Positions 1 to 11,658 of a stretch of 33,678 bases of DNA are shown here, piece after piece. The DNA is from Catajapyx aquilonaris. Taxonomy: Eukaryota. Made by a program: the position numbers and the translations under genes. The DNA is taken from the NCBI GenBank assembly GCA_000934665.2, contig KZ539092.1, positions 1-33,678 on the forward strand, read 5' to 3'. Below the pieces are notes generated by a model that saw only the letters and a program-made list of their open reading frames with translations, made no database searches and had not been told where the DNA came from. Numbering within the stretch: the stretch's first letter is position 1; each line of letters starts with the position of its first letter.

Positions 1-64
1 CTCGGAATCAGGATTTTTTGCCCGATTTTTAGAACCCAACTTGTATTTTGAGTGGAGTGTCCCT
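1..64. mobile_element. Right end of a probable Kolobok-type non-autonomous DNA transposon (truncated by window start)
   Basis: Ends ...GAGTGGAGTGTCCCT (to 64) followed by TTAA (65-68). The reverse complement TTAA-AGGGACACTCCAC fits the TTAA-TSD, purine-terminus pattern of Kolobok MITEs. The partner end is not in the window. Confidence 0.4.
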
Positions 65-77
65 TTAAGGTTCTGTA

Positions 78-225
78 CTATCGGGTTCACAAATACGTTT
101 GGCCACTTTATCCTGGTTTTGAAGCAACCCTTCACACAGACCTCACGTTAAGGAGGTGTGTGTGTGTGTGTGAAGGGTTGCTTCAAGACCAGGATAAAGT
201 GGCCAAAAGTATTTGAACCAGATAG
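78..225. mobile_element. 148-bp palindromic MITE, Tc1/mariner-type
   Basis: TA (76-77) + CTATCGGGTTCACAAATACGTTTGGCCACTTTATCCTGGTTTTGAAGCAACCCTTCACACA pairs with TGTGTGAAGGGTTGCTTCAAGACCAGGATAAAGTGGCCAAAAGTATTTGAACCAGATAG + TA (226-227). Arms are about 60 bp, with a (GT)n at the loop edge. Confidence 0.85.
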
Positions 226-1383
226 TACATGTTCAGGTTGCACGTGAATGCACAAATGCAATGCAATATTTTGTGCTACAGTTCTGTAAGTGAGCTTTTT
301 GTTCAATATATTTTGAAGAGAGCGAATTGAGTGTGCATATTCAATATTTTGTCGATGAGGGATATTTAATAATAATTCATGAATACCAGCTCGTGGGAAT
401 GTGTCATTAACGAACCTACTCGACAGAAATTGTACATACGTGGGCATAACTCACAGATGATCAAATATGAGGTTGGGGAGAGGGTTCATAAATTACTCGA
501 CAGTGTTTTATATGCGATTTTTATCACATCCCTTCCGCTTGTCAGGAGACGTCACACTCCGTGGAAACTCCGTTCCTAGAGCATATTACCCTTCCTTTGG
601 CCTCCAAACCGGTTCACCCCTCAGTAAGCTCTATATGATGTGTAATGAACTTGTCACTACCTTGGCACCATCCCACTTTTAGCGTGGTATTCATACTATA
701 TTTATATTTTTGCTACATCAAAATATTGTTGTTTTTATATGAATGTGATTATTTCTAGTATTGACAATGAAGCGTCGATAATAAGCATGATTTTTATTTT
801 GTGTTCTGGCGAATTCAAAGTAACTTACTGGTTTTAGTGTCGAGCCATGTCGCCATCCTTTACTTCCCGATTTGCTCTACCCCTTACGCCACTAAGCCCT
901 ACTGACATTACGTAATAAAACTGGTAAAATAGGCCTGTAAGAACGTCCATGGGTTATGTGCTACGCGAGGGGTAATATTCATCATTATTACATCACATTG
1001 CTTTTGCACTAAAATTTATAACCTCGATATTAAATCATGTCCATTTTTTATACGTGCACTACGGCATGAATTCAAATTCTGCAGGATATTATAATGGCAA
1101 ACCGAGTTCATACCTCAACTGTAATTTCCAGGAATTTGAAGCAGCACCCTGCCTTCCATACTGCAAACTCATTCTCTTTCTTGCTTGAGGCACCGTGAGT
1201 GAAATTGAACTTCACTGGACTGCACAGACCAATGACGAAATCACACATGCTGAAACCTGGTGGAAATAGCTTATAGCGTGTAAGATGTGGCATCTACGCC
1301 AGAAGATGATCGTATATTTTTGTGCTTGACCCCCCAAGTTGGCGTACATGTAGACCTATACCATTTGCCATTTTGGCGGTATA

Positions 1384-2014
1384 CAGGGTGAAGGGAAACT
1401 CGCGTACAATCGCCAGGTAAACTTATAGTACTCGCAAAACTAATATTTTTTATTTGTTTATTTATTTATACCCCATTGGGGGGGTGGAGTACCACCATTG
1501 GATGGGGCCAAGGATAGGGAAGGAAGGAGGCGGCTGTGGCCTATTATACGGAAACAACCCTGGAATTATCCTGGGTTGACCGTGGAAAACCATAGAAAAC
1601 CGCGGTCAGGGTTGCCGGCCCCAGGATTTGAACCCAGGACCTCCCGATTAGCAATCGGGCTCCTTAACCACCACACCAACTTGCTTCGGTCTCGCAAAAC
1701 TAATATAGGGATGTGCAATTAGTTTTTGGCTCATTTGCGTATAGTTAATCCGTACGGCGCCTTTAAAGTGTAGACTGTAGAGGGCCGGATTGTAAAATAC
1801 GATGAAAAAACGACACGGGTGTCGAGATGCCCTCGAGCTGCCTTTTGCTTCTTAGAAGCGGGCGGAACGGATGTGACGTCACGAAACTTTGACGGTGCCG
1901 TACGCATTAACTATGCAACGGAGCCCAACACTAATTGCACATCCCTATACTGTATTAGTTTTGCGAGTACTATAAGTTTACCTGGCGATTGTACACGAGT
2001 TTCCCTTCACCCTG
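1384..2014. mobile_element. Tc1/mariner-type MITE with long TIRs (5'-CAGGGTGAAGGGAAACTCG), interrupted by a SINE
   Basis: TA TSD at 1382-83 and 2015-16. CAGGGTGAAGGGAAACTCGCGTACAATCGCCAGGTAAACTTATAGTACTCGCAAAACTAATA is the near-exact reverse complement of ~1953-2014. Pairing resumes after the SINE (1707-1768 vs ~1886-1948). Confidence 0.92.
1447..1690 (-). mobile_element. tRNA-derived SINE, full length, with 16-bp target-site duplication
   Basis: Minus strand reads ACCGAAGCAAGTTGGTGTGGTGG (A box), stem-loop CCCGA-TTGCTAA-TCGGG, GGTTCAAATCC (B box, 1624-1634), body GGTTTTCTATGGTTTTCC...AGGCCACAGCCGCCTCCT, then a (TAAA)n/A tail. It is flanked by direct repeat CTCGCAAAACTAATAT at 1431-1446 and 1691-1706. 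The body resembles Lm1/Talua-type insect SINEs (from memory, not searched). Confidence 0.92.
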
Positions 2015-3889
2015 TATGAAGCAAGTCAGTCTACTGCTCGGAGACACATGCATGTGTACGCGTAGGGTCGAAAAAGGGTTTCGGTAGTTATAATGCTCCT
2101 GAAGATAAAATGTGTTAGCGCTGACCTCGTCTGGTCATCCCTCTGACCCCGCAAGGTCACTCAGGGTCGTGGTCTAATACAACGGGTACGGAGAGACCGT
2201 TTATTAGACTGTCCTGCAATCAGACCCCAACACGAATGACAGTACAAAGAGCCCCCCCCCCCCCCCCCNCACAAAAAATATAACTCTGTAAGTTATGTAG
2301 AAATAGAAATGAAGTTGTGAAATGTGGTGAATGGCAATGGTCAGGAAAGGTCCTTTGTATACGCCGCCTTTAATAATATACTAGTATGTATTAATGGATT
2401 TGCTTCGCAGCTGATGTATGACAAGCAGGAGAGCGCTCCACAGAAAGCCCGCTATTGGAAATCGGTAAGACTAAGATAATTAAAATCAACGATTCTCAAT
2501 GATAATGGAAAACATAAGATCCCTTCAGAAGATAATCACACGGATCTATAATATTTATTTCTGCAGAGTTTAATTGGAGGAAAATGGCAGAATTTCTCAA
2601 AAAATTAGCCAGACTTTCGCCATGTCATAAAATTGCAGGGAAGAGCTCTCAAATCCGCTGGTTTCCAACTTTGTGAACAACGTTATTGTAGCGAAGAGAA
2701 CAAAGCGATATGGATTTAATCCCGGAAACACACACAAAAAAAAGTCAGCGCAGATAAAGCCTTGGTATAGCAAATTCCAGTAATCCCGTGTCAATACGCC
2801 AGTGACTGGGCACGTAATTATCGCCTGCAGCTTTTAGCTGTAAACGACATTAATAAATGATGCGCCATTAGGGACACCTTTTTCCAACCAGTACCGTACG
2901 TTTTGTAATCATTCGTGAAAGAAAAAATAAATGAGCCTTACTCCTGCACATCCTACTGTTTTGTGTGATCAGTCGACTGTTGCTCTTTCCCACACTTTAC
3001 CTGCAGTCTTATTGACATAAAGTGGCAATCTGATAATACTCTTCTAAGGAAAAAAAAAGTCGGTTCACTGTCTCTGTGGATTCCCAATGAGAAAGACAAA
3101 GGAAGATTCCTCAGGGGTTGTACAGTGTACACCGGTATCTCTTTCCGCTCTATTTGTCCGAAATTGTCTCAACGTGATATTCAAGCCAAGTTTGTGTACT
3201 CTTAAAGCCCCTGAAGTAGGTCTAAACTCTCGGTAAAATCAGTGTTCTGTACTTCTGTCTATAGAAGCCTGATGAACACTTTGAAGGCACTGCTGCTCGT
3301 ACTAAATGAACCAATACTCGCAAATTAACGTCCCTACAGTAGCAGCATTTTAACCATTAATACTGTGATATTAATGTTGGCTAGTAGAGAGTGAAATACG
3401 ACTAGAGAATTATAATACTGTTTGAACCTCAGAACATAATCGTACTGTATGACTGGTTGGAATAATTTCTATAGTTTAGAAATGAATGAACTATATTTTG
3501 TAATGTTACATGTCTATACATATTTGAATGATATTTTAACAAAATATAAATGACTGGATGGGAAAACTGCAAAACATACGGTTCTTGCAAACTAGGTCCG
3601 TTATTATGGTATTTTCAATTAGTATTTGGACATGCCGGCTTAGCATACCCCAGTAAAAAATTGTTGGAAAAACACTAGCACTAAACCTTGTTTATCTGAC
3701 ACTGTACAGCGTCAACCACCAGCAAAACACTAGTAAATGCACCAACGCTTCTCTGTGAAGTCCCTGATTGAACGAAAAGTCCGGAATGCGTCAAAATTTT
3801 GCTTCGCCCGAGGGTGAGCGTCTTCTGAAGAGCGAAGTCATTTTTACCTCCCTCCTTTATTCAAAGTCATGTCATTACGCTGTGCAGAG

Positions 3890-4250
3890 CCTGAGGGTCC
3901 TAAGGAGGCGGAGAAATGTGAGGGGCTAGAGGTTCGTGTAGACTTAGTGGTTCTGATATGTCTTCAGCAGCTGACACGCAAAAAGTTCTTTGTATTCCAG
4001 AGCAGACAGCGGTTAAAACGCCTCCAAACCAATATTGCACAGTTTCGCAGCCATTTCCAGCCGAATTGTACTTTGGTCGTGAATTTTTAGACGCAGCCTT
4101 TTCCCTCCACAAAATCCACCTTCCGTATAAGCGGAACCTGAATCGGGCGTTGTTGCGTGTGTGTACCGATAGGTGCCAGATGACGGCTACGACACTTCTT
4201 TTGCCAAACAGTGGGGACACTTTCCTTGAATGGGATATTTTCCTATGGCT
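3890..4250 (-). pseudogene. Decayed zinc-finger + Myb-like coding remnant (R2-superfamily N-terminus-like), locus A
   Basis: KYPIQGK-CPHC (4208-19), frameshift, VVAVIW-HLSVH (4161-75), then RFR[F>C]RL[Y>C]GR (4125-36) ... [N>H]SRPK[Y>C] (to 4068). A weak Myb-like stretch follows: W..KELF..QLLKTY..N....FL...RT (3999 to 3895). Each bracketed restoration is a single-base change. Confidence 0.45.
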
Positions 4251-6199
4251 CCCTTCACATTGGTCGCACACATTGCACATTTCCCTCCACCCTTTCAACT
4301 GATGGATGGGATTTGGGGGGTTTTGTAAGTTAGATGTAAAAGTCCATCTCGTATCCGATAGAACTGGCTCCTCTTTCGACTCGTCAGGAATGCGTCCGGA
4401 GGTAGGATGGGAATAGAAAAAAAACCTCGGGAATGGAAAAGGGTGGAGGTTTTGGGCTATAAAAGGTCAAAGGGCTGAAATGTTCATCTGGCAGGCAAGA
4501 ATTCCACGCAATTAACGCTGCAGGAATTTCCAAGTAGAAAATATACGCACGGGGATTTCGGTATTACTCTAGCTTATATGCATCTATAATGAAACAGTGA
4601 CGAACTGGGTGATCCTCTGCCCCTCACGTGCAATACGTTATGTTGTCTACCAAAATCGCTTTAAAATTAGTTCAAAATGTCAGAGGTAGAGAGATAAGTG
4701 CCTGCTTGCTTTCCACGAGTGTGAAACTTTCTCTGATGTATTATTCATGCCACTTTGGCCACCGCTTGGAGAATTACTTCATCACTCTACTGTATATACT
4801 GTAGGCTTCAGGTATCATAATTGCGATGTATGACTGCGGCGTGTGACGTGGGGAAAAATTACTTCAGAAGTTACCTGCGCGTGAGTAGAACATAATACAT
4901 GAAAAGCCAATTATTATAAAGAGGTTACAGTATGGTTATATAATAAACACAAGAAAATGTATACAGTCAAGAATTCCCTTAGGACACTGAGGCGCCACCT
5001 GAGGATGTACTTGTTGCATATAATAGGGAAGGCAAATAAAATTTCTGTCATATTTTCATATTAAGAATACGGTATTTGTGGTCGATGTTTTTTCTCATGT
5101 TTTCGATGCATTGTGCCATCTCATCCATTAAAGGGACCACTTTTGCATTACTTTCCTGTTTTTTCCCCACCTGCTGTTTGATCACACAATACATTTATCA
5201 AGAGTGACAGCATTTTGTGTTGCACGCAAAAGCTACCTTCTCGTGCTGTGATGCATAACTGCGATGGGAGAGAAGAAAAAAAAGCTTGAACCGGTGATCA
5301 CACTTGTTACAAGCTCACGATAAGAATGGGATACAAATTATGAATATAATAATATCATCAGGTGCGAGAATCGCGTTCATAACATTCACTGATATATCGT
5401 TCCACAACGTTAAAGGGAATGTAGCGCTTGCGTTTTATCGGAATAAACTTGATCAACACGGGCTTTGTGTAAAGGACAATAACATGCAAAGTTGGCCTGG
5501 ACAAATGCGCGAGAAATCGCGTACACAAGAATAAATCGAATAGAGCAGAAAAACACGGCAGGTAAAAACCTCTTGCAACTGAATTACCACACAGAAGTTC
5601 TGGTCGGGAAAATGTACACGTCCATCGTACAATTTTCAAAATGTTTTCATTCTGGCAATAAATGGTTGCCAAGCACTTTCAAATCATAATTATTGCGAGT
5701 ATGCAAGCGTTCCGGTGGAAGGGCGGAAAATGGCGAAGTTCGCATTTTTTTATAGCGAACGGTCGAAATTGCAAAGTCAGTGAAGGCTAGTCAAAAGCTT
5801 TTTTTTTTAAACGCAGATGAATTTTTACTTGATTACGTTCACCTATACGGTATACGCGTGAGGCCTGTTTGGTTGGATGCTTGCCCATTTTATCACGCCG
5901 TAAAGTAATGGGTGCTGTACGAGCGGTGGTCCACTGGAGTGCATCATAACTATACTCAACAATATTTTTCGGTGTGTGAATTTGACGTCAAGTAGACCCA
6001 CGTAACACATGATTTATGCCCAAATTGATCCGTCTGTTTTTGAACCTACTTTATTGTACTTTTGCTGAAAAAACGTGATTAACCTGCAACATTAAGAATA
6101 TGTCAAATATTTGAAAACTTATAGGTAAATATTGACTCGTTACAGTTGGCACAGCGTATGATTTATAACGCTTTTAAAGCCAAGTTTTCTTGGAAATGT

Positions 6200-6620
6200 A
6201 TCACACACTGATGTTGAGTCTGGCAGATATGTTTACGCTTGTGCTGGCGTGCGTGGCCTCATGTGAGGCGCCTTTTGCAAGATTTAATTGTGCGACCGGA
6301 GTGTGTCAGAGACTTTATTGCGGGGCTTGCATAAAGAATGTAGCACTTGTGAGGAAGTGCACAAGACCACTTAGGTTGTAAACCGTGACTATGCCTGCTG
6401 TTTTTTTTTTACAAAAAAAAGAGGGGGGTGACAATGCATGTTACACGGCAGGGTTAGCAATGGCGAAATTATTCTGAACTCGTTGTTATATGGGGGGGTT
6501 TAGAGGCCCGTATTGGAGACACTGTACATCTACAAAGGCGAGATAACGACGGAGCAAGGCGGGCAAAGATATTCCACACTGGATTGCATTCACGTCGTCG
6601 TATGTTAGACACAAAAGGGG
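6200..6620 (+). pseudogene. Decayed triple zinc-finger + Myb-like remnant, locus B
   Basis: LA-CVASC-EAPF; RLY-CGAC (6319-30) ... VA[L>H]VRKC (to 6360; CCHC 'H..KC'); after homopolymer slippage, F.TKK.GVTMH (H at 6437). The same frame continues QWRNYSELVVIWGGLEARIG (W 6461, LEA 6500-08) ... SRRR, matching the R2 Myb pattern W..EE...LA.LEA. Confidence 0.55.
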
Positions 6621-7869
6621 CGAAAATCCCACCCACTAGCACTTTCCGCGGTGAGATATTCACATCGTCTCTCACTGCCGACGTGCGAGTGTCAGTAAAT
6701 CGTGAATTCCGGTCAACCAACGAGTTGATTAAAGTTTCTGAAAGAGGCTAGGGTAGTAAGGATCAGGTTAAAGTGCAGAGTTGGCAGTTGAAGCTCCCTT
6801 CGGAATTCTCGGGATTTCTAACTTCGCTCGAACTGTTGCATTACGTGACAAATGTATTGACATAAAGGGAATCTCTGTTTTCTTTCACTGGTCAACCGAG
6901 CTGTTTGAATAGTGTGGGGGAGGGGGGGGGGGTAAAGGTTACGCAGCAATATTTTGTTGCTGTTGGGCGATTTGTGCACTGCCAGCATTACGTCGACAAT
7001 TTACTCACTTCACGTAATGTACAATTCAAACAGGGCGGTGTTAGATTCAATATACACTACCGGACTCGACCTTAAACTAACTCATATTTTTTCCGACATC
7101 CTACACTGGATGTTCCAATAGTCAGCTCAGATTCTCATCAGTGAAATTCGGTTTATTATTAGTCTATAAGTCGTCACTATGGATAATCTATATTTCGCCC
7201 AGGCAGTCCACAAAACCTTTCAGATTCGATATTCTGAGGTGACCTTTGAGACAATATACATAATCCATACACTAAATTACCCCCTGTGTCCAGCTGACGT
7301 CACAAGCCATTCATTGTTAGTAACATTGATAGTCATTGTTGTCAGTACTAAGGCTACACTGCTATGAAAATATTTCAACATCTATGCTTCATTGTTATAC
7401 GCTGTGTCTATACGTACTGCAGTTATGGATTAAAATACATAACTCGACAGTGATTATAATTCCCCGTTCCCGAATTCGGCAGAAGGCGTGCTTATTTTCC
7501 ACAACCATGGCGCCTAGAGAAAATGAAGCCTCCCCACTTGATAAGGCCGCTGACATTTCTTTTCATCCGCAAAATTGGAATTCGCAAGGCAGAAAATATT
7601 TCATATCCCTCGGTATCCCGCAAAATCGAAACCGGTTCGTCTCTAAAAATATTCTTATTACAGAGGCGGTTTTATAGGACCAGACATCACGCCCCGCTGC
7701 TCCAATGAAAGAGATTTCTCACTAGCAAACAGTTTCAAAGTGGTTGTGGCCTGGGAGAGAGGGAAGGGCGGAAGGGAAAAGGGGGAAGGCGGGGAGAGGA
7801 CGAGGGTAGGAAACTTCTCTCCCGAGCCCTACTTAGCGAGGTTTGGATAGAAAAGACCCCTTTTGCGAT

Positions 7870-8290
7870 CAGTTTCATAAAGTGGCGCCCCCGATTTTGG
7901 GAGAGGCTCGGGGGCTGCTGAATAGCGGCGCGGGCATTTATTCCCACCTGCCAGCCAACAATGGACCTAATTCCGGACCCTGCTAGTACGAGAGCAAGTG
8001 CACAATATTTTTATGTGAAAGAACCTAGCTTTGGCACAACGTTGGCAAATCCGTTAAGGGTAATTAAAGCTTACTTAGGGAGGGGGCGCTCCGATTTGAG
8101 ATTTTCAAAATGGCGAAATCCTGGACGCCTTTCAAAACAATGGCGGCTCCTGGACGTACAATAGATCCGGATTATGTTCTCCAGCCAAGAAGGAACTGGT
8201 ATGATGGAGGCAGTGTTGGATTGGGAGTTTGGGAATGGGGAGGGAGTGAGAAAGGGAGGGGTTATAGACGGGGGAGGGGGGTGCACTTAA
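7870..8290 (-). pseudogene. Decayed CCHH-CCHC-CCHH zinc-finger remnant with Pro-rich leader, locus C
   Basis: Pro-rich leader, then IIPVP..IY-CTSR[S>C]RHCFERRPGFRHF (8160 to 8107); [R>W]I-CQRC-AK (8036-50, intact) ... IVHLLS[Y>C] (7986-8003); K-CPR[R>C] (7925-39) ... SLSQ[N>H]RGRH (7882-7908). The order equals the three-finger array of R2 clade A and related elements. Confidence 0.55.
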
Positions 8291-10329
8291 TTAGGTTGCG
8301 GCCGAGCTGGCCGCTAGTTCACGTTGTGAAGTCGTGGAACAATGCTGGCTCAATGCATAACTAATTAGGGAGTACAACCATACTGCTGTACTGAGCAGTA
8401 TAATGCTAGGTTGGGGACGGTGGGGGGACTAAATGGAGCACTTAAGAGTGGTGACTTCGGGGTCGTTTTAATGACTCCAAGGAGGTCAGGGTCGTTGTAA
8501 CCGTGTCCCGGGTGCATTGGTGCACTGTGTTTTCTGCGCAGTATTTTTCAAAATGCGGACTAGATGATGTTGGGGAAAAAATGAAGGGAGAGGGTTTCTG
8601 CAAATTAACTGTGAGCAGAGGGTATTTTCAGGAAAGAATGGCCTAATTACGCGGGTTATTAGCAAAAGCTGACGTTTGATACAGAATAGGGAAATGACAC
8701 CTTTCATTAGCTCATTCCGTCTGTGTCATAGCTGGTACAAGTTAATAATAGGTGTCCACCAACTGTAATGCTATAGCCGTAGAACAGTTCGAGTTATAAA
8801 TAGCTAATTACGGCTGGCTTCATACCATATTACTTCCATAAGCAATGTTTATATATATACCCCTGGTGAAAGTCGTAATTAAGCCTTGTACTTAGAATCA
8901 GTGTGGCTGGGAAAATGTGGATGATAAACCCGTCTGATATTATCTCTAAGTTGCTTTGGCTTTTCAAATCGCTGCTAACGCTCTTGTGAATGTACGTACC
9001 ATAGTATATGAAAAATTGATCATGAAAATAATATGCCCAGGTTCTTTCAATACCAAACTGACTGTCCCCGAGCTCCTTTTATAGCACCGAGGGTGTAATT
9101 GGAAATGGGTCATTTCGGTGAATGTTTTCCAGTAGACAAACCCCTCCATCCACATAGAAGTGTGGTAATTTCAGAGGCGAAATTCATTCTATGGTTTCCC
9201 GAGTGCTTTTGCGCTGGCCATTTTATTGGCATCTCATACAGCAGTGATACAAAATGGATTAGCACATTCTCACATCAGAAACGGAGTGAGCCAAGCAAAA
9301 TGAATGGTTCCACCGAACACAATGAGGTACAATCAGTTATGCAGGAAAAGACAATACTCCAGTAATGCATACAAGGAATACACACCGTCGATTTTGATTT
9401 GATGTAACAGAACGTTGACTTAGATTTTCAGAATGTTTGCATGGCGCAGTCAGTCACCATTCACTTGGATAATATGTGGTGAATAAAATAAATACATCAT
9501 TGCATGAATTTAAAAAAATATGGAAGGGATGCAGTTTTCAGTCCCACTTCATGCAGGCACCTGTAAAGCACACCGCGTTACGCAGTTTGCACACAAATGA
9601 ATTGAAGAGTGTAATTAAAAAGCAGAGTATGTGAACATTAATAATTGAGACTGCACTCTGCTATAGACTATAGTTTCAGCATTAACTACCCAAACTGCAG
9701 AATATTCTTACATTGTTCTCAGTAAAAGTCTGAACAATAGGTCCCGTAGATACCATTATTTGAGTATTGTTTTATGATGTAAGTAATACATAAACACTCT
9801 TAGCGGAGTGTCTTGTTACTGAAACAAATGAGGGAAACTGACAGGCTCAAAGTCCTGCTTTCCATATTGCGTTTGTTTTGTTATGCTTGTGTGCAAACTA
9901 GGGCTTTCAATTATTAATAGTTAGGCCGAGACCTTATTATGACACGAGCAACAGGTAATTTACCTACTACTGTGTGGCAGGTTTTCCATAAGGAACCCTG
10001 CAAGTTGCAATGTGGGTGTACGCTCTGAGAGGTATTGTCAGTCTTGCTGTGTGCAGTCCAAACTTTTATCCTTTGTGAAATGCTTGCCGAATGAATGCAT
10101 AAGGGTTATACAAGCTCTGTCAAAAAGGCACGTTTTCTCTCCTGTTCTGGAATTACTTCCTTCACTAATGCATACTGCAATATTGCCAACAACCTGTTGT
10201 TCCCTCATTTGATGAGGTAAGGTACCCCATGTGACCCCTAGTCCTCTCGCGTGTCCGGCTAAGGTGAATGATTGTGTTAGAAAACATGAAGCAAATGCCA
10301 TCACCATTGTGATATTCTGATTGTGAGAT

Positions 10330-10800
10330 TATGGTACCGCTGGAAGGTGCAGCCCATGCACCTGTGCGAACGAAACAGGGGGTAGTAACTCATTGTGCAC
10401 AAGTGGGGAAAAGTGCCTAGGTGCAACAAAGTCTACGTCTGGTTACTTGAAAACCGTCAGTCAAGAATGATCGATGGAGGGAAGGCTTACTTCCAGCGGT
10501 GTGCAGGCTCGATCTCGGCCATTTCCACAAACTGGAATAGGTGTGCCTATATAGGGAAGTAGGAGTAAAATGGGGCCTGGGAGCATGCTAAGAAAATGGA
10601 ACCGTGTCGTTGCATGCCGGTGCTGCGTGGTCAGAGGCCTTCGTGAGCTGCGATTAGGCCAGGGGCTCCTGAACCAGCAGGAGCGGGGCGTTGTGTTTGT
10701 TGCTACAGGTCAGTGAATTTGGGGGAATTTGCCGATTCTGGTCTCCGTTGTGTTGGGGGTGGGTGATGGGGACGGGGGTCTGAGCAGGGAGGGATCGATG
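10330..10800 (-). pseudogene. Decayed zinc-finger remnant with Pro-rich leader, locus D
   Basis: RPPSPSPTP leader; ILLLLPYIGTPI-PVC (10527-35); RHFSPLVH (10395-418); VSF, frameshift, HR-CMGC-TF (10349-63, intact CxxC). Confidence 0.35.
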
Positions 10801-11436
10801 AGGCAGATGAATGGCTTGAGAGTCAGTGCTGGAAGCCCTGTGGAGCCAGCCGGTGTTGATTCGGCGGGACAGGGTCCGCCATGATGCTTTTGATGTGGCC
10901 TAATAAGCAAAGGGCAGTGCTGTTAATTGCGACCATCCCAGGGTCAAAATAACTTTTTTCAAGACGTAGCCAACCCGAGGCATTCTCCAGATCCGGAACC
11001 AACGATCTGAGCTGATATTTCAATGCTCTTGCCATGGGGTTAATCTCCTTAACTCCCAACCAGCGCTTCTGCAAACCGCCGGGTAGCGACGAGGGAGTAT
11101 CACTGGTGGATGGGTGGGGGTGTCTGGGGGGGAGGAAAAATGGCGCGTGTGTTGCCCTGAGCTTTTTGGGTGAAGAACCACGGGGCTAATCCCTGGAGAT
11201 TACATTATGATTGCCGGATGCAGGAATCAACAGTTAGGTGAGGAGGAGCAATCAATACTAATGTCATTTTAGGTACTATATTCCACGCGGTTTTGAGTCG
11301 AGAATGGGGCATGGCGTCAAGACCAGGCCCCTGTGTGTTTTCAAAAATCTAGCAAAACACCATCCTCTCCAATATCGCATTAACTGCTGGACCGCTACAC
11401 GCGCGATTACTATTAAAACAAACGTTTGAAAAAGAG

Positions 11437-11658
11437 ATTGGGGCCCCCGAACGTTAAGCCAATTAGCAGGTGATGAATAGTGACGCGCAAATGAATGTTG
11501 AGGATTAAATGGTGAAGGGAGGCATTCAAGTGGAGAGCAGGGGGTGGGTGTTTGTAGGTTACAAAACAGGGACCAAAGCTCCTCTCATCCTTCACCAGGG
11601 TCATCGCTTGTTGTTACGCGGCTATAAAAGTGGTGCACACTCGTGCACTTTTGCCATG
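11437..11658 (+). promoter_or_regulatory. Candidate Pol II promoter (CCAAT boxes, TATA, Kozak ATG)
   Basis: ATTGG 11437-41, CCAAT 11459-63, GCTATAAAAG with TATAAAA at 11623-29, GCCATGG with ATG at 11656. Motif evidence only. Confidence 0.3.

Noticed and set aside
1600..1690. tRNA gene (also 33471-33550)
   Set aside because: Has A/B boxes and an anticodon-like arm but no good acceptor stem, and continues into a SINE body (with tail and TSD in copy 1).
3779..4397. GTC(C/A)GGAATGCGTC direct repeat as a TSD around locus A
   Set aside because: One mismatch and no tail; the second copy overlaps the hammerhead-like motif. A match this size can arise by chance.
5128..5145. TTAAAGGGACCAC as a Kolobok left end
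   Set aside because: No matching right terminus found downstream.
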